A stretch of 64,000 bases of DNA, taken from positions 3,410,001 through 3,474,000 of the forward strand of contig JAYWIR010000004.1 in NCBI GenBank assembly GCA_036172245.1, given 5' to 3'. Positions 38,801 through 53,458 of the stretch are shown here, piece by piece; within the stretch, counting starts at the first letter, position 1, and every line of letters starts with the position of its first letter. This DNA is from Raillietiella orientalis (Eukaryota). Both the position numbers and the translations under genes were made by a program. A model generated the notes under the pieces. That model saw nothing but the letters and a program-made list of their open reading frames with translations, had not been told where the DNA came from and searched no databases.

Positions 38801-41800
38801 ACTGTTTCAAGAGATTTTCGAAAGCGTGGATTGGATGTTACTAGATCTGGATACATTTTAAATTCCCTGTTAATATCGTCCTAGACAGTGTGACACAATA
38901 TCGCTGGCAGTGCTCACATAGATCCTAGAGTTCTCATGCGTATGTTCAAAGATTCGTACTGATTTCAAGGCGATGTGATTGAATGCTCACATAAAGGCAA
39001 CAGTCCTATTAGTTTGATGAATATAAAGTGATTTACAGCATCATGAAAAGGGATGATGTTCATTAGTTTCCGGAAGATCGACGAGAGATGGTGCTTTACT
39101 TAGTAAGTTTGTGTCAGGGAAATCGTTTTTAGAAGCGTTTTGTCAGAAAGGCAGAACTTTTGATTGTCCGGTTTGGAATGTGTCCAGAAATATGCTATTC
39201 CGTTTCTTCAGCAGTCATGTTTGGAGGAGCCCATTGACTCGTTCTATTTTGATAATGCAAATATCCATTCGAGCAACAAAAGTGTGGTGGTCTGTCTCAA
39301 AGCTAACCTTATTTTGTTCATGGTGAGATAGCTTGCAGACCCAAAATTTCACCAATCTAAGCAACATATCACCATTGTTACCGAAAGAATCGGATATCTA
39401 TTTAGAGTGGTATTGTTCTTTTAAATTGTGTGCACTCAACAGCATTAGTATCTATGAACCAAGGTATATTTTTGTTCTTCCACTTTATGTGTCTGGATAG
39501 GCATGATCAAATGTGTCAAAGAAAGTCATACCGAGGAATAGGTTTGTTTTATCGTGCTTAAACCAATGTTTGAAATAATTATCAAACTTGGAAAAATTTC
39601 AACCTCATCAGGAGAATCTCGATGGTTAGAATATTAATTAACAATTTCTCTTCCTATCATACGTTGGAAAGGACTTGTGAACGAATGCTTCAGAAACAAG
39701 TATCGTTTCTTAGACTTTCATCGGCTATTTCATCCGTTTCGAAATACTGGAGCATTAAAAGCATTCCTTAAGGAACATACACAGAGAGGGATTTCCTGAT
39801 CCTTAAGTAACACACTTAGTTTTACAAGGCGCTTCAAAAGAATGAAGAATAGTTCGAGCTGATTTTGAATGTGTACATGGAGAGAGTATTTTCGATCCTA
39901 CTTTATTGAAACACTACGTGCATGAGTTCTGAATTCCACTTGCTCTCACCTCTATATGAAGAAGGGCCTGTTGAAAATTATCTTTCTTTTGTGAATCTTT
40001 GCTGGAAAGCATTCAAGTGACAGTGGAAGAAAAGTGATTATAATCGAACGGACTCTGACATCATTTACTGATTTTTCATACATATTGAATGCAAGCAGCA
40101 AATCGAAGGATAAGTTGAAGATATACAGATTTCTGCAGAACGAATTGAAATCATTGAAGCTGACCATGGTCACAGAAATCAGAAGTGGAAAAGAAATCAC
40201 GATTCCTTGAAGATTGAAGCACAAGTTTTATAAAAATTACTTAGAGCTTGATTCTATTAAACAAGGTTAATGGCATGGGAAAAATGAGTAAGGGAAGACA
40301 AGAAATCGGTAAGCGTAAATTTAAAGGGAACCAGAATTAAATAAGTCACAATGAAATTTCAGAAAGCTGTACGGATCCAACGGATGAGGAAAGGAAAAGG
40401 GCACGAGATGCTGCATGTGCTTAAAAGTCTTTTGCCGAGGATAGGAGATTAATATTTGATTAAATTTAATGATTAACATGCCTCAGGGAATTCTACAATT
40501 CTTGTCTTTGAGTTTAGAAAATTATTCTCGAGGCAAAAGTTGTGGAAGCAAAAAGGTATATATTCTGCTTTCCATTCCTTCTTCATTCTATTGAATTCTA
40601 GCACAATGCAGTTTTCGAGAATTATCCAAAATGAAGAAAGGGTTACCTTATGCCAGTGCTCCTGTTGCATAGCTGCAGAATCCTGAATCCTGAGGAGAGA
40701 TTACTCAAATAGAAATAAAATAAACAAAATTGAGACAGATATCAAACTGCACAGAGAGGAGGAAAAAACAGAAGCCATATTGTTTCCCGTAGAAAATAGC
40801 TTGATTGTGGATAAGCCTTCCAGTGGTGTCTGTTCGGTTCCACCGGCAGCCGTCTTGCATGCTTCTTTTCAGCCATGTGAGGTGTTGGCTCTTTAGTCGA
40901 TGCGTGAAAACGTTCGGTAGATGCCAGACTCTCGATGAAACTGTGACACTCATGTGTAATCCCCTACGCTGTATCAGAGTATGTATTGAGAGCACAAGAG
41001 AGCAAAATGGGTTTGCTGAAGAATCTTTGTGAGAAATAAGAATGGAGAAAACGTACTCAAAGTGAACTTGCGCGAATAATCGAGATTGACTCTTAATACA
41101 ATTATAAGGCTTAAAGGATGAAGCAAACTAAGGTAACTGAAGTTGGTACGTTTTGCTGACGACCTTGCAACGTAAAGAAAGAAGGAAACATTCTGAAACA
41201 TTGGAATCATGCTTTCTAGACTGCTTAGTATTCTGTTCGAGTGAGAGTTGAGTGCATAACGCTATTTTTTCCCATCTTAAGTATGGTATTGTAATGGCAT
41301 GTTGAGTTTATTCAGCGCAAGGAAATTATTTTACAAAAAAACAAGTTCCCAGAGACATTCCTGTGTCCTCCTGTAACAGTAAGCTCATGTCAATTAGTCA
41401 CTGGGAATAAAAGCTTAGCTTCTGCTTATTTGCTTTCACTTGTCTCAGAGTGAACTCAGAGAAGCAAACTCACCCTTCTCTACTTCAATATTCTAGACGT
41501 TTTCTTTTTCCCAATGCTTCACTTTTCATTCCTTCTGCATTTAAAGCTTCGAGAATGTACCAAAAGGGTTTGAGTTTCTCAATTAGATAATAACTGTGTT
41601 CACTGCAATTTCTGTTTGCTAATGCTTGATTCCACTTCAGATTCAAGATGATTTCGTGTTTGTGAAGGATCCGTACGATATTCAATGGCTTAAGCACCTC
41701 GTCCTTTTCAGATAGTATTTTCACAGCTGAAGGAATCGCAAAGGCAATGCGATGCTTGAAATAATTGCAGGTCTGCGACTTCTAGACCATACTTTTCCGT

Positions 41801-43229
41801 TTCTTCTTGCTGAAAGAAAAAAAGAGAAAAAGGCATGTGCTTATATAAACTTGATCTACGGGGACACCGAAATTCTGGCACTGGCTTCATGTGCACGCAT
41901 TCGACGAGAAAAGTTTTCCAGGCAAAAATTCATGACTGGAAACTAACGGCGATTCCCTTTGTTTCTCTTGAGCACACCCATTGTCTTCTTTCCTTGATGC
42001 CATCTTTCTCCTTCGTGTAGAGTCTGCGATTTTTGTCCCGTTACCTTCGGTGATTACGGAGAGCGATTTCAGTGTTGCATTCGTGAAATGAAGACAACGC
42101 TATGCATATCATCCGCTTAATTCTTTACGTCTTGCACGCTTCTGCTGATCGTGTTTCAGGAAGACACCTTTGGGTAAAACAACCCATTCGTCATTCTTGT
42201 CAGCTATTTTGCTTAGGTGACTTCCGAATTCGGTCCATTTGATTTTCATTAAACCATGCATGTAGGACAAGTGAACGTAGAGTTAAGACTTGCATTTTTT
42301 TTTTTTTTTTTTAATCCTCCTGCCATTCTTCATGGTATATTGCAGCTAACCTAGTTTGGGATTCTTAGTTTTGTTCCATAAAAACTTTTGACAGAGGGCA
42401 ACAATCTTGATTTGTAGCCACATCAGATTTGCATCGAAAGATCTTGCTTTCTGCTGAGGACCAAGATGCAAACAGTCCCGAGCTAGAAAACTAGAATTTT
42501 CGTGTCTTTAGCTCATATTCGCATTTCTTGTTGCTCTTTTACCGTCACCGTATCAATATACAGTAGTAGCAGATGCTTCTGTGGTCTTTGTTAAAACTCT
42601 CAACACTCACACGTACTCTCAGAAATCAGCTGAAACCGTGTTTTTTTCCCTTAGAAGTCCACCAAGGAGCAAAGTAAAACTATAAATTGCTTTGCTGAAA
42701 ATAGACCATCTCATTAGTTCACAGCAGATGATCAATTTTCCTGTTTGTGCTAGCAATTTAATGGGTTCAGTATAGCACGAGAGAATGCTGAGAAAAGAGG
42801 CAGTGTTCAAAGAATACATTTAGCCATCTCTTGTTCACAGAGTTGCTTCTGCAGCGTAGGTTACGACGGGTGGAGGAGACTCGCCTTTTCCCTTCGTCCG
42901 AGAAGTCTAGGATTGTGGTTGAAATGGGTTACGAGTGAATGCGTTTCCCTCATGGGACAGCAAGCGGAAATAGAAATTCTGGAATTAGTCATACTTGGTA
43001 CAACTAAAGGCAAGGGTAGTTAATGAGGTCTTTGTTTCCTCTATAACGGACTGATGTAGCAAAGTGTGGACAGGAATGCACGGTATTATTTTCGCAGTAA
43101 CATCGAGGAGCATTTGATACATGGACTTGAGAATGTAGCAGACGGTGCTGCGCCGTCACGAGTGGCATGGGTTAAGAAAATTGAGTTCGAAAATAAGCAA
43201 GGATCAGGAGCTAAGTAAGTTTCTTTGGG

Positions 43230-43510
43230 TGATGAGACAAATGTCTAAATGTTGATAACAGAGATACTGCAAAACATGTCAAAGATGACAGAGCAAGCAA
43301 ATGTGCAGATAATGAGAACGCGGAGTAAAGCTTAAAGATGAAGGACAAGGTGCAGATGTTAATTGCATTCGTTACGCTGGTATTTTAGTCAACGTTTGAA
43401 GGGTTGTGAAACAGTCACAAAGGGTGGAAGTAGTAGTAAATGAAGGGTGGCAAAAAGCCACATCAAAGGTATCAAGGGAGAAGCGGGAGTGTATTATGGT
43501 AACTGTCTGT
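43230..43510 (+). mobile_element. Possible highly degraded RTE-clade LINE endonuclease remnant
   Basis: This G/A-rich patch translates across broken frames as CLNV...LKMKDK...TLVF...HK/VEVVVNEGWQKATSKVSREKRECIMVTV. That loosely resembles the APE endonuclease series TLNV...ETKxKG...GVGxxx+ExW...R.M.V. Weak match with several stops. Confidence 0.3.
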
Positions 43511-44544
43511 GATGTGCTAAGAAGTTTGTGGGAGAAAGGTAATAGTGAGATAGTGAAGAATTGGCAAAGGAGTAGCATTCTGTGCAGTAACCGTACTAGT
43601 CGAATTAGCACCATTAGATGTGCTGCAGAATATTGTTAATGTCAAATCCTGCACAAAGAAAACAATTTATATAATGTACTCTTCCTTCAACAAATTTTCT
43701 AGATGAACAAGACAAAAATAACACATCATCATCATCACTTTTATGAAAGTATTCTAGGGAAACAAAAATAATTTCAAAAACAGTGCATCCATAAGTGAAT
43801 ATTCCTTTAGTGGATGTGAAGCCCAAAATGCATCAACAAAAACATAGCTTATAAAGTCCACTGTTAAAATTCAATGAAAATGAACGCACTTTATTTATGA
43901 AACATTAAAACAAAGGGTGCCTAGAAATCAGTAGCAATGGATTGCATGCAACCAAGGCACAAAGAATAAACCAGAACATCCATCACACAAGATCATTCGA
44001 GATTCAATACCATAAATTATAATGACAATCACAAATAAATTACAGATAATGATGACTAGAATGCATTTACACAGTTGCACCAATACTAAACATTTTCACA
44101 TCCAACATTCAAAAAACCATTCAATTCTCAAATCTTTTATTGCTGCCTAATTTAAGGGATTAGCATTGAATACTTCTCTACATGATCGATTAAAATCAAT
44201 TCTATTAGTTCAAGTTTTGTGGCAGATGACAAATTTATTGTCAAAAAAATACTTTAGAACAATTACATTTGAATGACACATTCTTTCCTATCACAACTTA
44301 AGCTAAAACTCTGAGACTAGCCTATTGTACCTCCCAACTCATAATTTCTGAATAAGAGGCCAGAATAACCATAACCTTGAATAAGTTAAATAGAGCATCT
44401 ATACGTTTTTAAACAATGTAGTGGAGGGGCAAGATTATAAATGTTGGCATTGCCATCACTGAAGTATGTTGTAGAATTTCTTTATATCCAGGGGTAGCAT
44501 GTAAATAACTGACAAACCTCAAAACAAAATTTTTTTTATTTACA

Positions 44545-45916
44545 TTATTTGGCTGCAGAAGAACGACCTTTCCGTTGTTTTGGGCTAAGCTTTGATACTT
44601 CCTTTTTCTTAACTACAAAAAAACAATGATTAGGAAAGAAAAATAATTCCTAATTGAGACAATCACTTAATCTCAGAGGTTCCTTAGAAACATCAGTGCA
44701 TCAGTCATACAAAATCACATCACAGACTTAAGAATGGAATAGCAACTAATTCATACTTACTCCATGAACGCACAGTGTCAGCTGGAAGCCATTCAAAATC
44801 CACATGGTTGGGATTAGCTGTGCCCAGTTCCACTGGAGCTTTATTGGAAGTACTTTGTCTTTTAAGCATGGATGAAAGAAGCTGCTGACCACCAACCAAC
44901 AGCAAAAGTGCCAAGGCACCAAGAAAAATATATAGAAAAAATGTTTCTCCATCCAATCCTTCATCTAAGTCCAAAATGCTGACTGTTTCATTGAATACAG
45001 CCTCCATGTACTGGCGTCCCTCCTACACAAATAGGTGGGGGGACTCCTTAATTTCTGAACACCTTCACTTACATTATCTTGATAAGCTAACAAGATGGTT
45101 AGACCTAAATTTCGACTGGCAAACATTTCTGAAGGAACAAATGAATAGATGAAGGATGCTTGCTCATCAACAGCTACAACTTTGCGGTAATGTAGTGCTG
45201 AGAAATTCTGAAGCGTGTATGAATAGTCAAAAGGATAGCGAAAAGACGTTTCCATAAAATGGACAATAAAATCTTGGCTTCCTTTATTATGAAATGAAAC
45301 TAACAACTCGGCCATTTTTCCAGCAGGTAATGCTAAATAGAAAGCAAAGCACTATTACAAATTCAAATTAATGTTTCCTACCAACTGGGTCATTTGAAGA
45401 TGTGACCGGTTTCGTAAATAGTAAAAGTATATCGGCATCGGGCGATCCTGATAACTGAGCTTTCGCTTCTTCACCATCCGCGCTTGAAATTACATCTTGG
45501 ATTTCTTGCTCTATTAATAGGACCTAGATTTATGTCCACTGTAAACTAGTGTTCTTTTTTCAAAATAATATTTTTCCTTAAACGTATTACAAAGTTGACA
45601 AACATGCAACGTGGAAATCGAGTAAGCATGGCTTATTGTTTTGATATTTTCACTTTGATTCTTGTAATCACAAACTATTTATCTATATGTGAATTATAAT
45701 TAAAATTTATAATTAAATTAGACCCAGCAATCAAGAAAACTGTTCGTACCTTCCTCTACCGTGACATCTTCGTCGGCTGAATTTTCCTTGGATGGATTGT
45801 CAGCAATACTACTTCCTATGGCACACAATTAAAACTCATAAACTTTATTTAAATTACTTACCGAATATAAATATGCTACAAGATATTAAAAGTAAACAAG
45901 CACATTTTAAATCCAT
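44545..45916 (-). CDS. SSR1: Translocon-associated protein subunit alpha (TRAP-alpha); 6 exons, ~279 aa
   Basis: Exons 45916-45862, 45815-45750, 45510-45382, 45332-45073, 45022-44761 and 44612-44545 total 840 nt. Signal peptide and acidic N-terminus, then SPDADILLLFTKP, LPAGKMAELLVSFHNKG, SFRYPFDYSYTLQNFS, EGLDGETFFLYIFL (TM), VELGT...VDFEWLP and a basic tail SPKQRKGRSSAAK*. Confidence 0.95.
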
Positions 45917-48900
45917 ATTAAAATCTGCTTCTTGGAATGATGTAAAGACTGTATATGTACATTACACATAGGCCGATCGTCCTCTTTCACGGCAACTCCA
46001 CACTCATTGCAGCACGTCGCTACATGTGGTCAGCGCTGCTGCTGTCAGGAACATTTGTCAGCGGAAGTGCAAACTATCGTGTCACTATGCAATATAATTT
46101 TACAAACTGGTAATGAGATTACCATAACCGAATCCAGATTAATTTTTAAAAAATTATAAAAATCAATAATATTCTCCAAGATTCTTCAGAAATTGTTGAA
46201 CTGAAACGTAAGACAAAAAGAACCTGTGAAATCATGTAGGTATAAATAAATCGACACTGCAGAGTTTCAAAATAATCAATTTTAGACATTTAGAAAATAT
46301 CCGAAAATTATAGACTGGTCTGAGCTTTGGAAGTTTTATGGAATGAAAATCTGAGTTACTGAAAAATTACAGAACAATATTTTTGTAATTTCCTAAGATT
46401 AAATCTGAAACAGAAATGTGAAGAAAAGTAACGTGAATTTTTAAAGTAGAACCATCTGAAATGGTTGCTATAGAGCTCAATAATGAAGAAAACTCTATAG
46501 TTGGTACTACAAACATAGAGCATAATTATACTAAGCATTGTAATTGCAATAATAGAAAATGAATTCATGTAATTGTGAAATCATTAGCTGCCTCATTTCC
46601 ATTTTCCATTTAATTCTTCTCCATATTTATTTTGACTACTTTTACGTTCGTAATATAAGCTTACAATTTCAAGTGTGAATTTGGAAACAGAAAAACTTAA
46701 TTCTTTTATGCTACGATACTAAATACTAAACCCAGGAGTACTAAGGTAAACATTTAGAGGTAAATATATGAAAAGATGCTGGAGCAGTTCTGCCTTTCTC
46801 CTAAATGATTTTTCAATCTTGGCATGCTATCAATGCAATTTCATTCATATGAAAATCCTTTGAATGAGAAATTTCCTTCTTTAATTTATTTGATAAGCTC
46901 ATAACTTCATTACTTCCTTTCTCATGATCTGTTCTTACAAATCTCAAAAACCCTTCATGTGGCCTCTGAAAAAATAAGGAACAGATGGAAACTACTGGCC
47001 ACATGACGATTGTTTTGCTTTGGTTTTTTCACATTAAAAAAAAACATTTATTTTTCGTTTCGCCTTATTTTCAAATTAGTTGAGCAGTATCTGAATTATG
47101 AAATGAAATTTTTTAAACCGTTCCCCTTCATCTGTATTTCGCTAGTAAAAAAAAAAAGGCAAGCAAGAAAGAAAATATGAACAAGCTTACTGATTACGCT
47201 GATTGTAGACACTCTTTCCAAACTTTTGCTATTGCCCTTGTCCATCTAAAGTGCTGCTCCTTTGTATGAAGTGATTGTATGAATGTTTGAAAATATAATT
47301 TCCATATGACATACTCCGGAATCTCTCTAATCGACTTTCTAATGATTTTGTGTGCAAAACACCGTTTCTTAACATTTTACATTATTGTCCTCTTTGAAAA
47401 CTGAAGTCGCAAGTCGAAACACTCTTGGAAAATCCTCTTAAAGATTTCATTGGAATCTTAGCCTGTAAGATTTTATTTTGAAAAGGATTGAAGCTCTTTA
47501 AGGAAAAAGCAAGGCAATCAGAATTATTGAAATCAATACACACTGGTTGCAATTCAGCTGAGCCACTGAAATGAAACATCCCTATCATGTCTGTTGTGCT
47601 CGATGGAATTATCTCAGGTGTTGGTCTACAAAAAGCTTTTGTTGCAACGAGATGAAACTGGATAGGATTCGCTGGAGATTAAATTTATAGCATGAAATCG
47701 CATTCCGTTTTTAATACAGGGAGCATGCTTCGCTGGATTTGTCACTAAGCACAACAAATGCCATGCTCATTCTGAGGACTCGATTTCAGGAAAAGATGCT
47801 CTCTAAGCAATAACGGACTGTTCTGTGGTTCAAAATGTCAGCTCAAAATAGTGAAATTCACAATGATCAACACTTTTTTCAGGAAAACTGAGCCTAGTGA
47901 ACCAGAGGATTCTATGGGAAACAGAAAGTCGTCTTCGTGCATGATATTCACTTAGTTCGCAGAAGAACTGATTGGATGCGCATAAGTTCGATGGAATTTT
48001 TAGAAAATGTTGGGAATTATAGAAATAGTATATTTTTTTTAGAAAGCTATGCCACTCAGATATCGTCCTGATTATGCAATACGGACGTTCATGCCTAACG
48101 CAGTGGAACTGGACTTACTGGATGCCAATAAATGTCACTGAACATCTTGAAATCGTTGTATGTTTTTTTTTTTTTTTAAAGAGAACTGTGTAGAAGAATA
48201 TTTCCTTAGTTTCATCAAAAAAGGGATTCTGCTTTTAAGAACGCATCCAGTAGGACTGAGCTGAGCTCACCGAGAAAGCAAGTGAATTCACAATACATAC
48301 AATCACAAGTGATAGTGTTCAGAGTACTAAATGCATCGTGGACGAATAAGAAACCTAACTTCCTTGAACAAGACGCGTGTCTACTTTTGGCAATTGTGTT
48401 TCTTAATTAAAAACTAATATAATTTGTTATCCATTTGGAGTGCGTTTCCCAAGTGTCGGTGTTAGAAAATAAAAGATTCCCTATGCAACTGATTTGTTCA
48501 TTTGAGATGATTCACTGTCTGTTAGATGAAACCGATGTTCATCTCCTATGAACTGAGGACATAAACATACGCGCGCAAATGTCACAGACAAAAGTAATCG
48601 AATAGAAAAATTAGAACGGATGCTCGCGTCAAGTACCACTTTATTGATTCGTGAGGAGTGGTGTATGTGGATAAGAATTTTCAGAAAATTAGGAAAGTTC
48701 ATTTCGACTCTTGCTGAATCATCTTTTTTTCTTTTTTAGAAAGGCAAATGAATTCATCTATGTTGTCGTGTTCCGTTTGATTCACGATGTGGAACTCACC
48801 TGACCACTACTAGTGATAACACTGTTGATTCGCACTCGTATAAGGTTTGTTTAATTATGGTTGTATGCATAAGAGATACAACTTCATAGGAAGCGATTTT

Positions 48901-51900
48901 GAGTCAAGACAAGTCCTATTGGATGTTTGAGCGAGCTTTCGAGAAGCACCAGAAGATTGCACTCTGCTTCCCTGAATTTGCGTCCTTGTCAGGGGATGTT
49001 TACCTGGAGAGCATAAGGGGTATTACAAGTGGGAGTTGACATACAGGAGACGCATCGACGATGGGAAGAAAGAGTACTGCAATCAGTATGGAAGGTACTC
49101 GATTTGAGGAAGCCAAAATTCAGCACGTAAAGAACGGTACTCTTTTGCCTGAACCCAACTGGTCAGAGGTGGGATTTGGACTGCTCTTTGGCTCACTAGA
49201 GATGGTGAATTTTCTGCTTCGGAATCTTGTGAGATCTGAACTTGCAGTTTCTATTCATCGAGTCCCATTCACAGGAACTGTTGTTGGGAAAAAAAAAAAA
49301 TTGTTTTTGTGCATCGGAAGATTTTATTTCAACCATGAAAAGGAAATATAGAAGAATTTACACCTCCGAGCTATTCTACTCATGGAAAAAGTCATTCTTC
49401 GGAATCAGATCACAAATGCAATAAATCACCAGTGCTTCGAAAGATATCGTATCGTCTGCACAAAAAAATGCGATGCTATTCGTAGCGACTGGTATTGAAT
49501 TTTTGGAAGCTGCAAGTTTGGGGTCTTCTCCCTGAGTGAACAGGGCAGATGTTCGGATTTCAGGGAATGAAATGCCATTCTCGTGGAATTCTAAACGGTC
49601 TACGATGATGCTTTCCTTTTTCATTCGATATTCCTCTTCATTCTGGTCAATTGTGTGAGACCTGAAAACGGAGTTTCCTTTTCAAACAACAAATGGAACT
49701 CAGCACACGAAATGTTTGACCTGTTATCATAAAAAGCAGCTATACTTTCCTCTTTTCATTGAAACCATCGGGGATAACGCGCTGCTGTTCAGGAAATGCC
49801 GTTGGTAAAATCGACTTCTTTCCAAGGAAAAGGACCTTCAATTAATAAATAGCTTCCATTCCTTTTTAAGGTATTGATTTTGCAGGAGACGAGGCTGGGT
49901 AGGCGAAATGTGAAGTTCCGATGTTTCGCCGGAGCCTTCCTTGTCGAAGAATGAATACGCTGTGCACTTAGGCAACAGCCCCCATGCCAGGCTAATTGCT
50001 TCCAACTTGGCAAATGCTTGTCGTTCCATGCGTGAACCGGCCGAAGCTCTTCTTCACCGGTTCCACCACAACGGCCGCGCCTTCTCTCTTCTCCGACGTT
50101 GTGCCCATTCGACTCTCAGCTGGCCTAGCATCTTGCCATGTAGCCGCTGCTACCTGTCTTATGTTTACAATTCTCAGCGTGCTGGCTGTCTTCGACAAAA
50201 GTCCGGGCTTGTCTTTCTGAAGCGAAGGTTCTGCCGCTCGCTTTCATTCCTCCCTTTATGCTCGCTTCGGGACCGTGAAATTCTGAGCTTTCTGTTCAAA
50301 GCAACGAGAGCGAACTCTTTCACGACAGACGGGTCCATATGCGTTTCATTCCGGAAGTTTTACCTTGGCTTCCCAATTTGCTTGAACGTTACGATGTGAT
50401 TGGCTGTTGGCTTCTTGAAGAATTCGTGATCCCATGCCGGCTTCTGAGACTCTGAGAAATCTGAACTCTCTTTGCTTTTTGTTTTGTTTTCCTACGTGCA
50501 CTAAGACTTGGGAACCGAGGGAGCTTAGGAACGACCTGTGACAAAATTCGAGTCTTCCCATTCTGGACTCTTCAGTTGCAGAGACGATGCTGAGAGAAAA
50601 GTATTTTGGTCATTTCTCTCAGAGAAATCATGGTAGTGACTACACCAGCGTTTCATTCGGTTCTGCTGCTCGGAAAAGCAAGGATGTCCAGAAATCCCCC
50701 GCCAATAGATGCGCGATGTCTCTCTACAGCGAAGATGCTGATTCCGGTACGTCTCACAGACTTGCTGTTTTTCCTTCAGGTGCACAGAGGCGCATTTCAA
50801 CAGGAAGAGATGAAGTCTGTTGTGGTGAGATCTCTGGCTTGCAGCTGTCTCTGACTCATCAAAATAACTCCCGGTACAGAAGCCGAATATTTTCCTACAA
50901 ACAGTTGAGTGTGATTCTTCATCACAAACGAACCAGATGCACAATGATGTTCACTTTAAAGAGGGGATCCCAAGTATTCGAGGTGAAAAGTGGCAATGGG
51001 TTAGACGCGACAACAACGCCGCGTTAGCATTCTGAATTTACTCTGCGGAATCTGCAGTCCTGGCTAAAGTTTCTCTACGTGTCTGTGTTCATTATCAGTT
51101 TATGGTACTTCAGGTCATGAGAATCACTACAAAATGACCAAGTGAATCGAAATCAGAATCACAGTACAGCACCACAATCACCAGTTGTAATGCTTTTCGG
51201 ATCTGTGTGGCGGAACACAACTTGAAGATTCTCAGAGTAGGATCCTGAGAACTTTTCATTCTGAGAGTTTATTGAAACTCAACCGAACGAAAAGTCAAAA
51301 AAAAAAAAAAAAAAAAAAATGAGAGCTATAGAAAGTGGCCGTTAGAAGAGAAAGGTAGCGGAAGGAACTGGACAGCAGCTGTTCATCTAAATAATAGTGG
51401 CGAACTGGGATTGATTCGTACCGAGAAATCGAGAAGTTTCGTATGCCACGCATAAGTCTCGGGAAAAATTTCATCAGGAGGCGACCATCCCTGGAATGCC
51501 TGTAAGACCCCTCCCCGGTTTCTCATTTGTCACCATCTGTTCTGTAGGATGTTCTGTGTAATCGTCCGAACGTGAGTTTGTCGCTTACAGAGGGACTGTG
51601 CGGACCGATCGGCAATGTTCACCGTGGTGAATCCTTTCCTCGCAGCATCAATTAAGGGAAGACCATTCCGTCACCTGCATGCACCGGTGGTTTCCTCCGA
51701 CTGGTCAGAGTTTATTTACTCTCTGAGCAAAGTTGCGCAAAGAATGTGTCAGGAATCCCAAATTCTCCTTCCATTTGTTCTTTACGGTGTTTATGGAGTT
51801 CGTGCAGTGTTGTCAGCTCAGCTCCCGTAGCTGAGCTTGAGCGCAATGAGAGCGTCCTCTCTACCACTCGTTTGGTGAATGTGTGCTCGCGTCAGTCACA

Positions 51901-52992
51901 TGACATGTCCACTTCCACGATGCGTGCATTCCCTGACCGTTGCGATCGGCTGCAAAGTGCTCGTGTGAGCTCCGGTTTCAAAAATTACATCATTATGCAT
52001 TTCCTATATTTATACGAAACATGCACGGGAAAACTCACCCACATCTCCATTAATCACATGGAGCTTTTACGAAAAGTGTTACTTTAGAAGGACTGCCACC
52101 AGTCGCATGGGCTGCCCCACAGCAAAAAAAAAAAACCAAAAAAAAAAAAAAAAAAATGGTGCCAATTGAAACCGTGGCCTGTGTAGCTGCCAGTCTTCCG
52201 TGTTGTGCAACCGGATCGTTTTTTTCCTTCCAAATAACTCTTACATTGTGTGCGATTCGAGGTGTCTACGGTGAATCCAAGTCTTGAAGGGTCTTGTCAT
52301 GTCCCATTTGGCTCGCGGCGGAAAGGACACGTGACATACACAAACATTTCCTTCCTTGCGGTGACGCAAATCTCATGATTAAGTCGAATCCACTTTTTGC
52401 GAATGGGCTCACCGAATGTCGTCCCGTCTTTCGGAAGACTGATGCCACTCTTGAGTGCGAATAAAACCGGGATCTGTCCTTCTCAATCTTTGCATGAATG
52501 AGAAGGGCTCTGAATTGAGTTTCGCAACCGTTTATTCTAGAAGTATCACAGAAGGATGGAGGATATTCTGAAGGTGTAGGTTCAGGGATCCGTACAAATT
52601 CGCTATTTTTTCCTTTCAGGACGCCCGATGCGAAAATTCAGAGGCCCCTTGAAAGACTGCGGTCTTTCCTATAGAAGGCGTACTAGAAGCCGATGGCGCA
52701 GAGCAAGAGTGAAAATGAGCAAATCAACGAGTGCAATGCCAGTGAAAGTAGTCGATCTAAGCAGCATAGGAATGGCATCAGAGAACGGGAAGAACATTGC
52801 ACAAAAAGTTGAGGAACGATTACCAAGCGAACCGGCAATAGCTATAAACACAGCAGACTCAGTGCAGAAGACTGCAGATTATTGCTCGGATGACCGGCCT
52901 ACGCAAATTCGGCCTCCTTCACCCTCACACGGGAGTATAGATCGCTCTCCACTGAAGGGAAACAGAAAGATCTTCAACGAAATCAGAAGGGA

Positions 52993-53458
52993 TCATGTGC
53001 TGTATACTTTGAAAGCACATTGGTGTGTAGCCTAAGTTGGCTAAAGCGCCCCTGAGTAGTCCAGCTGTGAAAAGCAAAAATTGTGGTGCTTCCTCCAAAT
53101 ACTAAGTTCCGGAAGAGACTCTCATTAGAAATCGGAATTTATTATCCTGAAGCACATATACACTCCTTGTTGATTGGTGCGTAGATTGTTCATCTGTTTC
53201 CCATACACTGAGAACCAAAATGCTTTACACATGAATTTCATTGCATCCCTCTCATCTTTGAATAAGAAACAGTCCTTGGCCAATCTTTCGATTAGTCTGT
53301 ATCCAGTGCGAAATCCGATCTCTTCTAATCTGGATAGCTGTTTTTTTTCTTTCATTTTCACTTAAGTTCCCTTCTTGTGGATGCAATAAAGTATTCATCA
53401 TTTCCATATGGAAAAACCCAAAAAGAGTATCTGGACCACTACTGCTGGTGGTTTGTAT
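52993..53458 (-). pseudogene. TRAPPC6: Intronless, disabled copy of TRAPP complex subunit 6 (Bet3 family); probable processed pseudogene
   Basis: Three frames join to DTLFGFFHMEM...LSRLEEIGFRTGYRLIERLAKD..FKDERDAMKFMCKAFW..VYGKQMNNLRTNQQGVY/VLQDNKFRFL...GT*YLEEAPQFLLFTAGLLRGALANLGY. Lesions: a frameshift at the A-run near 53341-53348, a 2-nt AT insertion near 53155-53160, an in-frame TAG at 53102-53104, a shortened and frameshifted C-terminus, and ATA at the likely start. No introns. Confidence 0.88.

Noticed and set aside
52123..52156. Poly(A) tract as the tail of the TRAPPC6 retrocopy
   Set aside because: Wrong strand (it reads poly(T) in the pseudogene orientation), about 0.8 kb away, and similar tracts occur throughout the window.
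16853..53458. Apparent secretory-pathway cluster (S1P, TM9SF4, TRAP-alpha, TRAPPC6)
   Set aside because: Genes lie on mixed strands with separate promoter-like patches, one member is a pseudogene, and two neighbours are unrelated. General housekeeping clustering explains it.
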